This document shows positions 48,243 to 58,737 of a DNA stretch of 64,000 bases, one piece after another. Location: NCBI GenBank assembly GCA_964624855.1, contig CAZUZW010000008.1, forward strand, positions 8,993 through 72,992, in the 5' to 3' direction. The notes beneath the pieces were generated by a model. It saw only the letters and a program-made list of their open reading frames with translations. It was not told where the DNA came from and did not search any database. The translations under genes and the position numbers were made by a program. The stretch is from an uncultured Vicinamibacteraceae bacterium (lineage in GTDB: Bacteria; Acidobacteriota; Vicinamibacteria; Vicinamibacterales; UBA8438). Each line of letters opens with the position of its first letter. Position 1 is the stretch's first letter.

Positions 48243-51032
48243 CTAGGTCGGTTCACCTGATTCGCTGGCTATCATGTCTCGTGCGGCATCACGGAGTCTC
48301 ACGATTTCAGGCCAGTCAGTTCCCTTAGGGAGTAAGGCGGCGCCGACGGTAATTACTATGGATGTACGACGCAAGAGTAGCGTATCGGCTGGAAACATCT
48401 GCCGTGTGCCTCGAATAGCTACGGGCACGATTGGACATCCAGTTTCAACCGCGGCTCTGAATGCTCCAAGCCTGAACGGCAACAGGCCTGAAGTGGCGAC
48501 GAAGGTTCCTTCTGGGAACACGAATAGTGACTGTCCAGTTTGTAAAGGTTTTAGGACAGCACTCGCACCTTCGATCTGTTTTGACAGGTCACTCTTTTCG
48601 ATCAGGATGTGTCCGCCTTTTCTGAGAGCTGTACCGAGAACAGGGTAACTCGCCAGACGGGATTTCGCCGCAAAGCGCATCTCCAAGGGCAGGACGGACA
48701 TCATAAGTAATGCGTCCAGATAACTAGCGTGGTTGGCAACATAAACAGCCGCGTTTATACCCTTGAGGTTGTCAAGACCAAGGACGGTAACTCGAGAACC
48801 GCTTAATTTGAAAAGGAGTCGAGTTGATTGTCCGACAACGCGGTTGACCCAGGAACCCTTCGGGCCGATTACGAGGGCTAACCACAGAAATGGGACGGTC
48901 GGTAGGAGTAGAGTCCAGACCCAACCGGTGAATATGAGTCGATTTCCTTGGTCACACCAGCGCTCGAAATGTCCGCGACCTGCCTGCAGTATTAACCTTG
49001 TCCACTGGAGAAACACCGAGCGTTGTCGCTTGTGAAGTCGACCGCTTAAGTAGGCGTCTCGTGTGGCGCCCCGACGTATTTTTCCACTTGAAGTCTTAAG
49101 CACCGACCCGGGCGAGCCTAAAACGATCACGTCTGGAGGCACGCCTAGGGAAATAGTGACACGTTCAATAATGGTTGATTCCAGTTCTGCTCTTGATTTG
49201 GCATCTGTCAGGCGTGTTTCAGCCACGATCACAAACCGTTCGGTTCCGCGGCTTGGGTCGGAAACACCGAATGCCGCCACGCAACCTTTACGCACCCCAG
49301 GTGTTGCAGCTGTGATTTCTTCTGCTTCGTGCGGCTGGAGATTACGTCCGGCTTTGATAATGAGATCTTTGTGTCGCCCCGTCAGGAACAGTTCCTCATC
49401 AACGAGGTAGCCGAGATCTCCAGTTTTCAGCCAGCCATCTTCACGGATTAACGCTCTGGTTGCTTCGGGGTTCCGATAGTAGCCGGCGGTCGCCGATGGG
49501 CCTCGAAATTCAACGTGTCCTTCACATCTATTGTCGACTCGTCGACCATTGGCATCGACAACGCGAATTTCATGACCTGGCAATGCGCGACCACATGCCA
49601 CAAATTTTAGGATTCCATTAGCGTTGTCGTTACTGGCTATCGCCCGTCCTGTTTCCTGAAACTGACGGCGCTGAATGGTATCGATCAGCGGATAGCGGCT
49701 ATTTTGTGGCGCGGCGAGTCCAACCGAACACTCGGCTAAACCATAGACTGGAGCCAATGCCTCAGGTTTTAGACCATAGGGTTTAAAGCGAGCAATAAAC
49801 CGTGACAAAGTCTCTGGCTGTACTGCCTCTGACCCGTTTAGTAGAACGCGAACGGCGCTCAGGTCGAGTCCACCGAGCTCTTCATCATTGATACGATGTG
49901 TACAAAGGTCGTAGGCGAAATTCGGTGCGGGAGATATCGTCGCTTTGTGGGCATGGAGCGACCACAGCCACCTAGCTGGTCGCGCTAGAAAGGTTATCGG
50001 AGACATTACGGCGAGTGGTGCTCCTATGTACAACGAGCCTAACCATGAGCCGATTAAACCCATGTCGTGGTAGAGCGGAAGCCAACTAACCACAACGTCA
50101 TTTGCTTTTACTTCAAGCCTGTCTACAACGGCTCGGATGTTAGCGAGCAAATTGGCATGGGATAGGAGCACTCCTTTGGGTTGGTCGGTACTGCCTGAGG
50201 TATATTGAATCATTGCTGGATCGGCGTTGCTGAGTTCGGTAGGTTGCCGTTGTAATACCGGTGATTTCTGACCGTATTCAGTGAGGTCGTCTACAGTAAT
50301 AACCGATTCGAGTGAGGGAACGTGTCCGGTTAGTATGACGGCAACCCGTTCTACTTCCGCGAATGTAATCATCATTCGAGTACCGGCGTTTAGAAGTATT
50401 CCCGCTTGGCGTTTCGTGTATTCCTCGATCTGGTCAGCGCGTACTGGCGGATACATAGGAACTGGGATACCCCCGGCAATGAGTGAGCCAAAAAACGCGG
50501 TGAAGAACGCTTCTTCGGTACGAAGCATTAATGCGACGGTGTCATTCCGGTTAAGGCCTTTGGCCACAAGGCCTTTGGCCACATCACTCGCGCCTTGCCA
50601 CAGCTTGCCGTACGTTAGCGGAAGTTCGTCACCATCATCTTGGCGAAGATAAATGTGAACACGTTCAGGATGTCGGTCGCAGTGCCATCGAAGGGTATCG
50701 ACCAATGTGAGGGCACCTGACGGGGTAGAAGTCTCTGTAGTTGGTTCGTGGGCGACCGTGGTCCACGACTCTCTAACGTTTGGGTCAGCGACTAGAATGG
50801 CACGAGTCAGATCTCGAGGCGTTTCCGCCTCTGACATGACTGCATCACCCAGTCGAACCTTGAAGAGACCTTCCAGGCGGATCAGGAGTTCAACTCGTTC
50901 TAGGCTGCTAATACCTAGCTCTCGTTCGAGTGAGTCGAGGGGGGCGACCTGAGGTGGTGTGCCCTGTCCTCGAAGCTCTTGGACGAGCTTTGAGACAACA
51001 TCAATTACCTGTGCTTCGAGGCGGTCTGACAC
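48243..51032 (-). CDS. ACP - fatty acyl-AMP ligase - PlsC acyltransferase fusion
   Basis: N-terminal carrier domain (LGISSL); YTSGST, WLPLYHDMGLIG, YGLAE, TGDLG, KTSSGK in the FAAL domain; NHASYLD and FPEGT in the LPLAT domain. Confidence 0.88.
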   Translation of the reverse strand: MSDRLEAQVIDVVSKLVQELRGQGTPPQVAPLDSLERELGISSLERVELLIRLEGLFKVRLGDAVMSEAETPRDLTRAILVADPNVRESWTTVAHEPTTETSTPSGALTLVDTLRWHCDRHPERVHIYLRQDDGDELPLTYGKLWQGASDVAKGLVAKGLNRNDTVALMLRTEEAFFTAFFGSLIAGGIPVPMYPPVRADQIEEYTKRQAGILLNAGTRMMITFAEVERVAVILTGHVPSLESVITVDDLTEYGQKSPVLQRQPTELSNADPAMIQYTSGSTDQPKGVLLSHANLLANIRAVVDRLEVKANDVVVSWLPLYHDMGLIGSWLGSLYIGAPLAVMSPITFLARPARWLWSLHAHKATISPAPNFAYDLCTHRINDEELGGLDLSAVRVLLNGSEAVQPETLSRFIARFKPYGLKPEALAPVYGLAECSVGLAAPQNSRYPLIDTIQRRQFQETGRAIASNDNANGILKFVACGRALPGHEIRVVDANGRRVDNRCEGHVEFRGPSATAGYYRNPEATRALIREDGWLKTGDLGYLVDEELFLTGRHKDLIIKAGRNLQPHEAEEITAATPGVRKGCVAAFGVSDPSRGTERFVIVAETRLTDAKSRAELESTIIERVTISLGVPPDVIVLGSPGSVLKTSSGKIRRGATRDAYLSGRLHKRQRSVFLQWTRLILQAGRGHFERWCDQGNRLIFTGWVWTLLLPTVPFLWLALVIGPKGSWVNRVVGQSTRLLFKLSGSRVTVLGLDNLKGINAAVYVANHASYLDALLMMSVLPLEMRFAAKSRLASYPVLGTALRKGGHILIEKSDLSKQIEGASAVLKPLQTGQSLFVFPEGTFVATSGLLPFRLGAFRAAVETGCPIVPVAIRGTRQMFPADTLLLRRTSIVITVGAALLPKGTDWPEIVRLRDAARDMIASESGEPT

Positions 51033-51632
51033 CTACTCAGTTCGTCGAATATGATTAATTGTAATAGGTTGCCTTGGCACGTCAGCCTGACCGCGGGCCG
51101 TAGTGTAGGTTGACGTTCTTTCGATCTTCTCCACTACATCCATCCCATCGATGACGCGTCCAAACACAGCGTACCCATAACCTTCGGCAGTGGTATTCCG
51201 GTGATCAAGTGCAGCATTATTGGTTGTATTAATAAAAAATTGTGCGCGACCAGAATTTGGGTCTGCTGTACGAGCTACCGCGATGGTGCCTTCAAGGTTC
51301 TTAAGACCGTTGGTGGCTTCATTTAGAATACCTCCCCGAAGTTCACCGCTGGCCGGATTTAGATCGGCATCAAATCCGCCACCTTGAATCATAAAATTTC
51401 GAATAACCCGATGGAAGATGGTGCCATCATAGAAGCCGTCACGGACATATGTCAGAAAGTTAACAACTGTGACTCTGGCTTCTGACCGGAACAATTCGAC
51501 CGTGATGTCTCCCTCGCTCGTTTCGATAACGACCTGTGGGTTTGGTTGGGGTTGAGGTTCTTGTCCAGTTATGCTTGTGGACAAGACAGCTAGAGTCAAC
51601 GTTAGAAACAGCACAAGAGATCTTCTAGGCAT
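51033..51632 (-). CDS. Cyclophilin-type PPIase, exported
   Basis: FHRVIRNFMIQGGG, AQFFIN, YAVFGRV; signal peptide. Confidence 0.93.
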   Translation of the reverse strand: MPRRSLVLFLTLTLAVLSTSITGQEPQPQPNPQVVIETSEGDITVELFRSEARVTVVNFLTYVRDGFYDGTIFHRVIRNFMIQGGGFDADLNPASGELRGGILNEATNGLKNLEGTIAVARTADPNSGRAQFFINTTNNAALDHRNTTAEGYGYAVFGRVIDGMDVVEKIERTSTYTTARGQADVPRQPITINHIRRTE

Positions 51633-51635
51633 TAG

Positions 51636-52211
51636 TTACTGAACCTTTATTGAATTAATAGTGACGGTGTCCACCGGTACGTTTTGATGGTTGCCTTGAG
51701 GAGTGGTTTCGACTGCTGCGATGGCGTCGACTACGTCCATGCCTTCTGTAACCCGACCAAAGACCGTGTAGCCGTAGTCAGCAGGTTCCAGGCCACGGTG
51801 GTCCAGCGACCTAGCATTGTCTACGGTATTGATAAAGAATTGGGACGTTGCGCTATCGACAATATTTGTTCGTGCCATTGCCAGTGTTCCTCGCGCATTA
51901 GTAACGCCGTTTCTGGCTTCGTTTTCTATTGGTGGGCGGGTCGGTTTTGGACTTAAATTAGGTAGCATACCGCCGCCTTGGATCATGAACTGCTGGATAA
52001 CACGATGAAATACGGTTCCTTCGTAGAACCCGTCATTGACGTATGCAAGAAAATTTTCAACACTTTTTGGGGCATCACTTTCCAGTAATTCGATCGTGAT
52101 ACTCCCAAGGCTCGTCTCCATCACAACTGTTGGGTTTTCCTGGGCAGAGGCGGGAGCTCCAAGAATGACTAAGAAAGAGATTACACTTACGATGAATACG
52201 CGATACCACAT
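51636..52211 (-). CDS. ppiA: Cyclophilin-type PPIase, exported
   Basis: FHRVIQQFMIQGGG, AMART, SQFFIN, YTVFGRV; signal peptide. Confidence 0.93.
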   Translation of the reverse strand: MWYRVFIVSVISFLVILGAPASAQENPTVVMETSLGSITIELLESDAPKSVENFLAYVNDGFYEGTVFHRVIQQFMIQGGGMLPNLSPKPTRPPIENEARNGVTNARGTLAMARTNIVDSATSQFFINTVDNARSLDHRGLEPADYGYTVFGRVTEGMDVVDAIAAVETTPQGNHQNVPVDTVTINSIKVQ

Positions 52212-52435
52212 GGGATGAACTCCTTCATTAAATGGACGTTTGAAGAATATTTTTCATGTTTATCCAAAATTAAGGATCAAAAATCCAATTAACTGAATAT
52301 AAATTTTATAAGTCTTGTTGACCAGGCTGTTTTTCGTTTAAATTCGACAGGTTTAAGTTGATCGTGACACATAAAACCCGGTCTCGAGTATGCATAATCC
52401 TCCTGCAGCTGTCCAGTGATTGACGGCTTAATCAT

Positions 52436-55333
52436 ATGAAGCTTCTCGAAAAATTTCGATCCTCGCCAGAGTGGGAGAGTAAAGACCCGGTAGAGCGCGC
52501 TACCGCTGTGCGCTCTATGTCGAGTTTGAATGAGAACCAAGAACTCCTCATTGAGATCGCTTTAGGCGACGAAGATCCGTCTGTTCGTATGGAAGCAGTG
52601 TTAAGACTCGAAGCCGTGGATGCACTCGTGTCAGTTATCCGAAACGATTCAGATATAGCCGTGCGGGACGAGGCGGAGGCGGTACTGAGTGACTTAATGA
52701 TTGAGACTGACGACGTAAGTGTCGCCAGACCAGATGTCTACGAGGTGTTGACTGATCCTAAGTTGGTCACAATTGCACGTTCCGCCCGTTTGGAATCGGT
52801 TGGCGAATTAGCACTTGCGGCACTCACAACCCAGCGCTCTATCGGGTCGGTTGCCCGCAGAGCTGTTTGGAATAAGGTTGCAGCCGAAGCGCTGTCAAAG
52901 CTTGTTGCTCCTGAGGAAATCCTAGCGGTTGCAATGAAGTCGGAAGACAAGGCGGTTGCGATCAGAGCGTTCGAACGTTTAACTGATAGTGATTTATCCC
53001 GAGACGTTTTGGAGGATCTCTCTAAACGAGCCAAACAGAAAATCGTTCGGCGCCGCGCGAATATTGAGATTGGTGTTCTAGACCAAGTTGCTGTGACTCC
53101 GGCGTTGCACTTGGAGCATCTATCTCTCTGTGAGGAAGTTGAAGCGATAGGTGCAGAGAGTAGTCTCGATCGAGGCCAAGAGAGGCTTCAGCGATTGTTA
53201 GCGCAGTGGTCATCTTTAGATTCGACAACTGACCCGATGATCGCTAAGCGCTTTACTCGGGCTCGTGCTGGTGCTGAGTCTCGACTAGCAGAGATCGAAT
53301 CCATTCTGAGCACGGAGCAACGTCTCAAACAGCGGCGAACTCAGTTGATTGTGGATGCTGGTGCACTTTGTCAACAGATTGAATCGCTGCTTGGTTCGGC
53401 AAAGCAGGAAAACGTTGAAGAGTTGCATCAGAAGTGGTTGCTTTTGACGAAAGAGTCAGCGGTTGAAGAAGATGACGTGCAGGGCGACGGTGCGTCAATA
53501 ACAGGTGAAATGGCGGCACTAAATGAACGGGTTAAGCGCGGACTTGACAAGTTTGAGGAACGTAGACATGAGATCCGAGATTTTCATTTAAGGCTGACTG
53601 AGGTGGAAAAGATTGTTGTTGAAATGGAATCGCTCGGAGAGGGTTTGGACGATTCAACCACAAAGCGATGGGGTCAGCTGGTTGCTGTGCTTGATAGCTA
53701 TATTCCTGAAAACACTCATAAGTCTTGGCGCCCGTTCGCACCACTCAGTGTGGGAGATGATGCGGTGGATGCTGTTGCAGGTTTACGTCAGCGCTATATG
53801 GCCGTCAAAGCGGGTCGTCAGACGTTCCTCGCAAAGGAAAAAACTGAGAAAAAGAAGGCTGACCAGGAAAATGCGAATCGCCTTATACAGCGTTGTCAAA
53901 CGGTTGAAGGCCTCGTCTTGTCGGACAAGCTGATTTTAAAGGAAGCCGAACGTCAGCTCCGTTCGATCAGTCGTTTGATAGATGATCCAGGTCCGATTCC
54001 GCGTCGCGACAAGGAAGTTCTAATGCGACAGCTGCGTCGTGCTCGCAGTGGAATGTTAGGTCGAGTTCGAGAGCTTCGTGACTTTGCGGATTGGAACCGC
54101 TGGGCGAATCTTGGTATTCAGGAAGAAGTATGCCGTTCGATGGAGAACCTCGGTCACGCGACTGACTTGGACGAAGCGGATCTGGCAAGTCAATTCCAAG
54201 CACTTATGGAAAAATGGCGGCAAGCGTCAGATGTTCCTAAAAACCGTCGGCAAGAGCTCTTAAATCGATTCAAGATTGCCTACGACGGTGTTTTTCCTAG
54301 ATGTCAAACGTTCATAGAAACAGAGGCTGCTCTGCGCGAACAAAATCTTATTCGCCAAAGGGCTATTGTAAAGGAGTGCGAAGGTCTCAAGAAATCAACG
54401 GATTGGTTGAAGACTGCGAAGAAGATTACGGAACTCCAGAATGAATGGAAACAGCTGAAGCCAGTTCCCCAACGGCAACAGAAGGAGTTGTGGGGACGTT
54501 TTAGAGCTGCAAGTAACACCTTTTTTGATCACAGGAAAAGAGATTTATCTGAACGTAAAAAAGTATGGGCGAGAAACCTTGAACTGAAAGAATCTCTTTG
54601 TGACCATGTATCTTCACTGGTCCAAATTGAGAACATCGATGAGGCACTGACCGCAGCCAAAAAAGCACAGGCAGAGTGGAAAACGATCGGCTCGGTTCGC
54701 CGCAACAAATCAGATGCGGTTTGGAAACGTTTCCGTGCTTCCTGCGACGCAGTCTTTGATCGTAGACAGCAGGAGCAGCGTGCGGCATTTGCGGAGAAGT
54801 CTGCAGTTCGGGAAGCTTTATGTGTCGAGGTTGAATCGATGTTGAGTGTACCGGTCGATGACATGGTGGAAAAGACTCGTCAACTTCAACAACGATGGCG
54901 TCAGGCGCCGGAGATTCCACTTGAGTTTAGTCGACACCTTACTGCTCGTTTTGGACAGGCGCTTACACGGTTGAGTGAGGCATATCCGGATCGCTTTAGA
55001 GGGACTGATTTGGATCCGGAGCGGAAGTTGACGCGCCTTGTAAAGCTCTGTGAACGTGTTGAGGCACTTAAACCTCAGGACTCTTCAGTGTCGGAGGTTG
55101 CGTCTCCTGCTGAGATTTTGGCAACGAAGTGGAGAGACGCCTTGGCGAGTAACCTAATGGGTGCACCAGTGGATGCGATGACGGAGCGTCAGTCTGCGCG
55201 TGAGGAAGTTAAGCGTGCAAAGATGGATTGCCGTCGACTTGGAACCGTTCCTGGCGATCAGGCGAAAAAGTTGCTAGGTCGGTTTCACTCGGCATGCGAC
55301 GAAGTTCTAAAGTGGGCAGAGTCGAAAGAATAG
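52436..55333 (+). CDS. DUF349 repeat helical protein with HEAT-like N-terminus
   Basis: Repeated WK.IG.V..W.RF.A.D.FF units; W.RWAN; coiled-coil composition. Confidence 0.8.
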   Translation: MKLLEKFRSSPEWESKDPVERATAVRSMSSLNENQELLIEIALGDEDPSVRMEAVLRLEAVDALVSVIRNDSDIAVRDEAEAVLSDLMIETDDVSVARPDVYEVLTDPKLVTIARSARLESVGELALAALTTQRSIGSVARRAVWNKVAAEALSKLVAPEEILAVAMKSEDKAVAIRAFERLTDSDLSRDVLEDLSKRAKQKIVRRRANIEIGVLDQVAVTPALHLEHLSLCEEVEAIGAESSLDRGQERLQRLLAQWSSLDSTTDPMIAKRFTRARAGAESRLAEIESILSTEQRLKQRRTQLIVDAGALCQQIESLLGSAKQENVEELHQKWLLLTKESAVEEDDVQGDGASITGEMAALNERVKRGLDKFEERRHEIRDFHLRLTEVEKIVVEMESLGEGLDDSTTKRWGQLVAVLDSYIPENTHKSWRPFAPLSVGDDAVDAVAGLRQRYMAVKAGRQTFLAKEKTEKKKADQENANRLIQRCQTVEGLVLSDKLILKEAERQLRSISRLIDDPGPIPRRDKEVLMRQLRRARSGMLGRVRELRDFADWNRWANLGIQEEVCRSMENLGHATDLDEADLASQFQALMEKWRQASDVPKNRRQELLNRFKIAYDGVFPRCQTFIETEAALREQNLIRQRAIVKECEGLKKSTDWLKTAKKITELQNEWKQLKPVPQRQQKELWGRFRAASNTFFDHRKRDLSERKKVWARNLELKESLCDHVSSLVQIENIDEALTAAKKAQAEWKTIGSVRRNKSDAVWKRFRASCDAVFDRRQQEQRAAFAEKSAVREALCVEVESMLSVPVDDMVEKTRQLQQRWRQAPEIPLEFSRHLTARFGQALTRLSEAYPDRFRGTDLDPERKLTRLVKLCERVEALKPQDSSVSEVASPAEILATKWRDALASNLMGAPVDAMTERQSAREEVKRAKMDCRRLGTVPGDQAKKLLGRFHSACDEVLKWAESKE

Positions 55334-55430
55334 TCCAACACTTCAAACAACGGACAGCAGTTCTTAGGAGCCTAATTACGTCATTAAGACAGTAAACAAC
55401 AACTGTCTGCCGATTGAGGAGAGCGATTTT

Positions 55431-57242
55431 ATGGGCGAATTACCTCGAGTTCTGGTTTTTGTGTGTATAGCACTCTTGGGCGGCTGTTCGGGTTCGACTG
55501 AACCGGTTTCGATGGAGACGCGGACACTTATTGAAGTGTTGGCCGACGATGAGTTCGGAGGTCGTCTGACGGGAACCGAGGGAAGTACGCTTGCCGCTGA
55601 TTACATCATTGAACAATTGCGACTCCTTGGTGCGGTTCCCTTACCAGGAGCTGAAGGGTTTAAATTTCCGTTCGAGTTTACGGCCGGTTTGAGTGACGGT
55701 GGCAGTCGTGCCAGCCTTATGGTAGATGGTCGAGAGTCTGAACTTTGGGAAAATGGTCTGGTTCGCGCAATGTCGTTTTCTGAGAGTGGGTCAGTTTCCG
55801 GCGACCTGGTGTTTGCGGGTTATGGTTTGTCGGTTCCGGAGACTGACGGATTCAGTTATGACAGTTACGCGACATTGGATGTAACCGACAAGATCGTCAT
55901 GGTCCTTCGCTATTTTCCAGAGGATACGGATGGTGAACTTCGAGGCATTCTGTCGCGTTACTCGGGTCTTCGGTACAAAGCTTTAGCTGCCCGTGAACGA
56001 GGCGCTAAGGGATTGATAGTTGTAACAGGTCCTCGGTCTCCCAATGCTGGAAGTTTGGTGCCCATGACTTTCGACACAGCGCTCTCTGGGTCCAATATTG
56101 TTGCAGGCAGCGTGACCGGAGATGTTGGAGAACACCTTATTGCGTTATCTGGACAAACGCTTGAAGAAGTCCAAACGTCACTTGATACCGGCAACCCACA
56201 TGTGGCTGGATTCAGTATACCTGGAGCGCAAGTGACGCTGGAGATGGACATCAATAGAGAGGCTCGTACTGGACACAATGTGGTTGCGCTGCTTCCAGCC
56301 ACGGAGACGACTCAAGTTGAAAAACCCTATATTTTACTGGGTGCGCATTACGATCATCTGGGTCGTGGGCGAGGCGGCAATTCGTTGGCTCGCGAGGGTG
56401 AAATGGGTGAGATCCATAACGGTGCCGATGATAACGCTTCTGGTGTGGCTGCTGTGTTGTCCGTCGGCGCTAGTCTGGCGTCGGTAGATCGCCAGCGACA
56501 CGTGCTTCTTGCATTTTGGACCGGAGAAGAACTCGGTCTGCTCGGCTCGGCCGACTTCGTTAAGACATCACCTATAGCCATGGAAGAGATTGCCGCATAC
56601 CTTAATTTCGATATGGTTGGACGGTTGGTGGATAATCGATTAACTGTCCAAGCCGTTGGCACGAGTCCTGTTTGGATCGAATTAGTCACGGAGTTGAATG
56701 GCTTAAGTGGATTTGATGTTGAGTTAATCGAGGACCCGTATCTACCGACCGATATTACAAGTCTCAATGGTGTCGAAGTGCCGAGCATTGGTTTCTTTAC
56801 TGGGAGCCACGAAGATTACCATCGTCCAACAGACGATGTGGAGACATTGAATTATGCAGGGATCGATCGAATCGTTGAACTCGCGTCGGCCGTGGTGGAG
56901 CGGTTAGCGACGCGGTTTGATGCGCCGGCTTTCGTAAAGGTTGAGCAGCCGGCACGCCAAGGCAGTCAAGCTGCAATGAGGATTTTTACAGGCACTATTC
57001 CAGATTACACGCAAGAGGCTGATGGTCTGTTACTGTCTGGTGTCGTTGGCGGTGGCCCCGCTGACACTGCTGGTTTACAAGCCGGTGATCTGATCGTGGA
57101 GCTTGCTGGACAATCGATCGCGAATATATACGATTACACCTACGCCCTGGATCTCTTGCGAGTTGACCAACCAGTATCAGTTACTTTTATCCGGGACGAT
57201 AACCAGATAGAGGTGGAGTTGATTCCCGAAGCACGACAATAA
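55431..57242 (+). CDS. M28 peptidase lipoprotein with PA and PDZ domains
   Basis: Lipobox LGGC, GAHYDHLG, GADDNASG, GEELGLLGS, NFDMVGR, DYHRPTD, C-terminal PDZ. Confidence 0.92.
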   Translation: MGELPRVLVFVCIALLGGCSGSTEPVSMETRTLIEVLADDEFGGRLTGTEGSTLAADYIIEQLRLLGAVPLPGAEGFKFPFEFTAGLSDGGSRASLMVDGRESELWENGLVRAMSFSESGSVSGDLVFAGYGLSVPETDGFSYDSYATLDVTDKIVMVLRYFPEDTDGELRGILSRYSGLRYKALAARERGAKGLIVVTGPRSPNAGSLVPMTFDTALSGSNIVAGSVTGDVGEHLIALSGQTLEEVQTSLDTGNPHVAGFSIPGAQVTLEMDINREARTGHNVVALLPATETTQVEKPYILLGAHYDHLGRGRGGNSLAREGEMGEIHNGADDNASGVAAVLSVGASLASVDRQRHVLLAFWTGEELGLLGSADFVKTSPIAMEEIAAYLNFDMVGRLVDNRLTVQAVGTSPVWIELVTELNGLSGFDVELIEDPYLPTDITSLNGVEVPSIGFFTGSHEDYHRPTDDVETLNYAGIDRIVELASAVVERLATRFDAPAFVKVEQPARQGSQAAMRIFTGTIPDYTQEADGLLLSGVVGGGPADTAGLQAGDLIVELAGQSIANIYDYTYALDLLRVDQPVSVTFIRDDNQIEVELIPEARQ

Positions 57243-57273
57243 AACAAGAGACTTTGTCTAAGTGCGATGCTCT

Positions 57274-58737
57274 CTATTCTAATGGTTCACCTTGTGCGCC
57301 ATCCTGGAGTGCCCACAAACGATTCCGCGTAAGGATGTATAGGACACCGTCTAGAGCTATGGGTGTGCTGTAGACTGAGGCTCCGAGATTAAACTCGCCG
57401 ATCTCTTCAAGTTCTCTTCCGGCTCGAAGAATTGCTATGTCGCCGTCTTCGTCCCCAATGTAAACTTTGCCGTCCGCGACAAACGGTGAACCCCAGACCG
57501 CTGCAAAAGTGTCATAAGTCCAGAACTCATCTCCCGTCTCGACATCAAGTGCGTGCAGAAATCCTGAAAGACTCGAGATGTAGAGGATTCCGTCTTGAAT
57601 TGCTGCAGTAGACATAGTCCGATAAAAATCTTCGCCGCCTCGATGCCAAACGACATGAGTATCGGTGACATCACCACTCCCAGTCGCATCAATAACCCAA
57701 AAGTGTCCTGGCGCTTCACCGTGTTCGGGATCTTGCCCCACACCAATAAATACTTTGTCGTCATAGACGACCGCGGTGGACAAAATATTATTTCGCGTGC
57801 CTCGACCACCAAGGATCCATTCTGAGTCTTTCGGATTGCAGTCGAACTCCCAGATTGTTTCTCCGGTCTCAGCATCGAGACTGTAAATCACACCGTTTCC
57901 ACCTGGGAAGATGACTTGTCCTCGGCCATTGATCTCTGCATAGGTAGGATTAGTCCAACTTCCATGCAAAATGTTCTCTCCGACGACAACGCTTTCCCAT
58001 GCAAGCTCACCAGTGTCTTTGTGAATGGCGATAAAATTTGGAGAAAATGGCGACGGAATATTTACATGGCCCTCGTCGACGCCGTTGCTAGTGACCGTAT
58101 ACAGCAGGTCTCCCACAATCAATGGCGAACCAGTGGCCAAGTTGTGCGGGAAGACATCAAGCTCTCCGATCATGTCGTATGACCAGATGATGTCGCCGGC
58201 CATCATTGAGGTATCGGATTCATCGGTTATTGGGCCATCGTTCTCACCGTCCGTAAATCCTTCGGCATCCAGACAAACAACCTGGGCTTGGTTCGAAACG
58301 TAGTAAATGCGACCGTTCTCCATATAGGCTGTCGAACACACACCTTGGAGTGGCCAGTCATTGACACGGCCAGTCGTTAGTTTGTCGTGGACCATTTGCC
58401 AAAGAAACTCACCGGACAAGGCATCGAATATCATCACAACACCTTTGTCGCCTTCGATGTTCGGGTCACGGCGCCCTTCATTATTGGTGCCCACATAGAC
58501 TTTTCCATCAGCGGCGACTGCACCTCCGTAGGCTTGCGAACCAACGGGTTGCGACCACAAGACGTTCGCACCAGTTGAGGCATCCCAGTTAGCTGGCAAA
58601 CCGGTCTCGTCAGAAACCATGTTGCGGGATGGACTATTGCCGAACATGCCTGGCTGTTGTCCCTGCACGTCGGTGACTAAGCTTCCGGCGATCAAACATA
58701 CCGCGGTTAAAGTTCGAATAAAGCTCTGTCGATTCAT
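57274..58737 (-). CDS. Secreted PQQ-like beta-propeller protein
   Basis: Signal peptide, MFGNSPSRN, repeated GxxxW/SP motifs. Confidence 0.85.
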   Translation of the reverse strand: MNRQSFIRTLTAVCLIAGSLVTDVQGQQPGMFGNSPSRNMVSDETGLPANWDASTGANVLWSQPVGSQAYGGAVAADGKVYVGTNNEGRRDPNIEGDKGVVMIFDALSGEFLWQMVHDKLTTGRVNDWPLQGVCSTAYMENGRIYYVSNQAQVVCLDAEGFTDGENDGPITDESDTSMMAGDIIWSYDMIGELDVFPHNLATGSPLIVGDLLYTVTSNGVDEGHVNIPSPFSPNFIAIHKDTGELAWESVVVGENILHGSWTNPTYAEINGRGQVIFPGGNGVIYSLDAETGETIWEFDCNPKDSEWILGGRGTRNNILSTAVVYDDKVFIGVGQDPEHGEAPGHFWVIDATGSGDVTDTHVVWHRGGEDFYRTMSTAAIQDGILYISSLSGFLHALDVETGDEFWTYDTFAAVWGSPFVADGKVYIGDEDGDIAILRAGRELEEIGEFNLGASVYSTPIALDGVLYILTRNRLWALQDGAQGEPLE

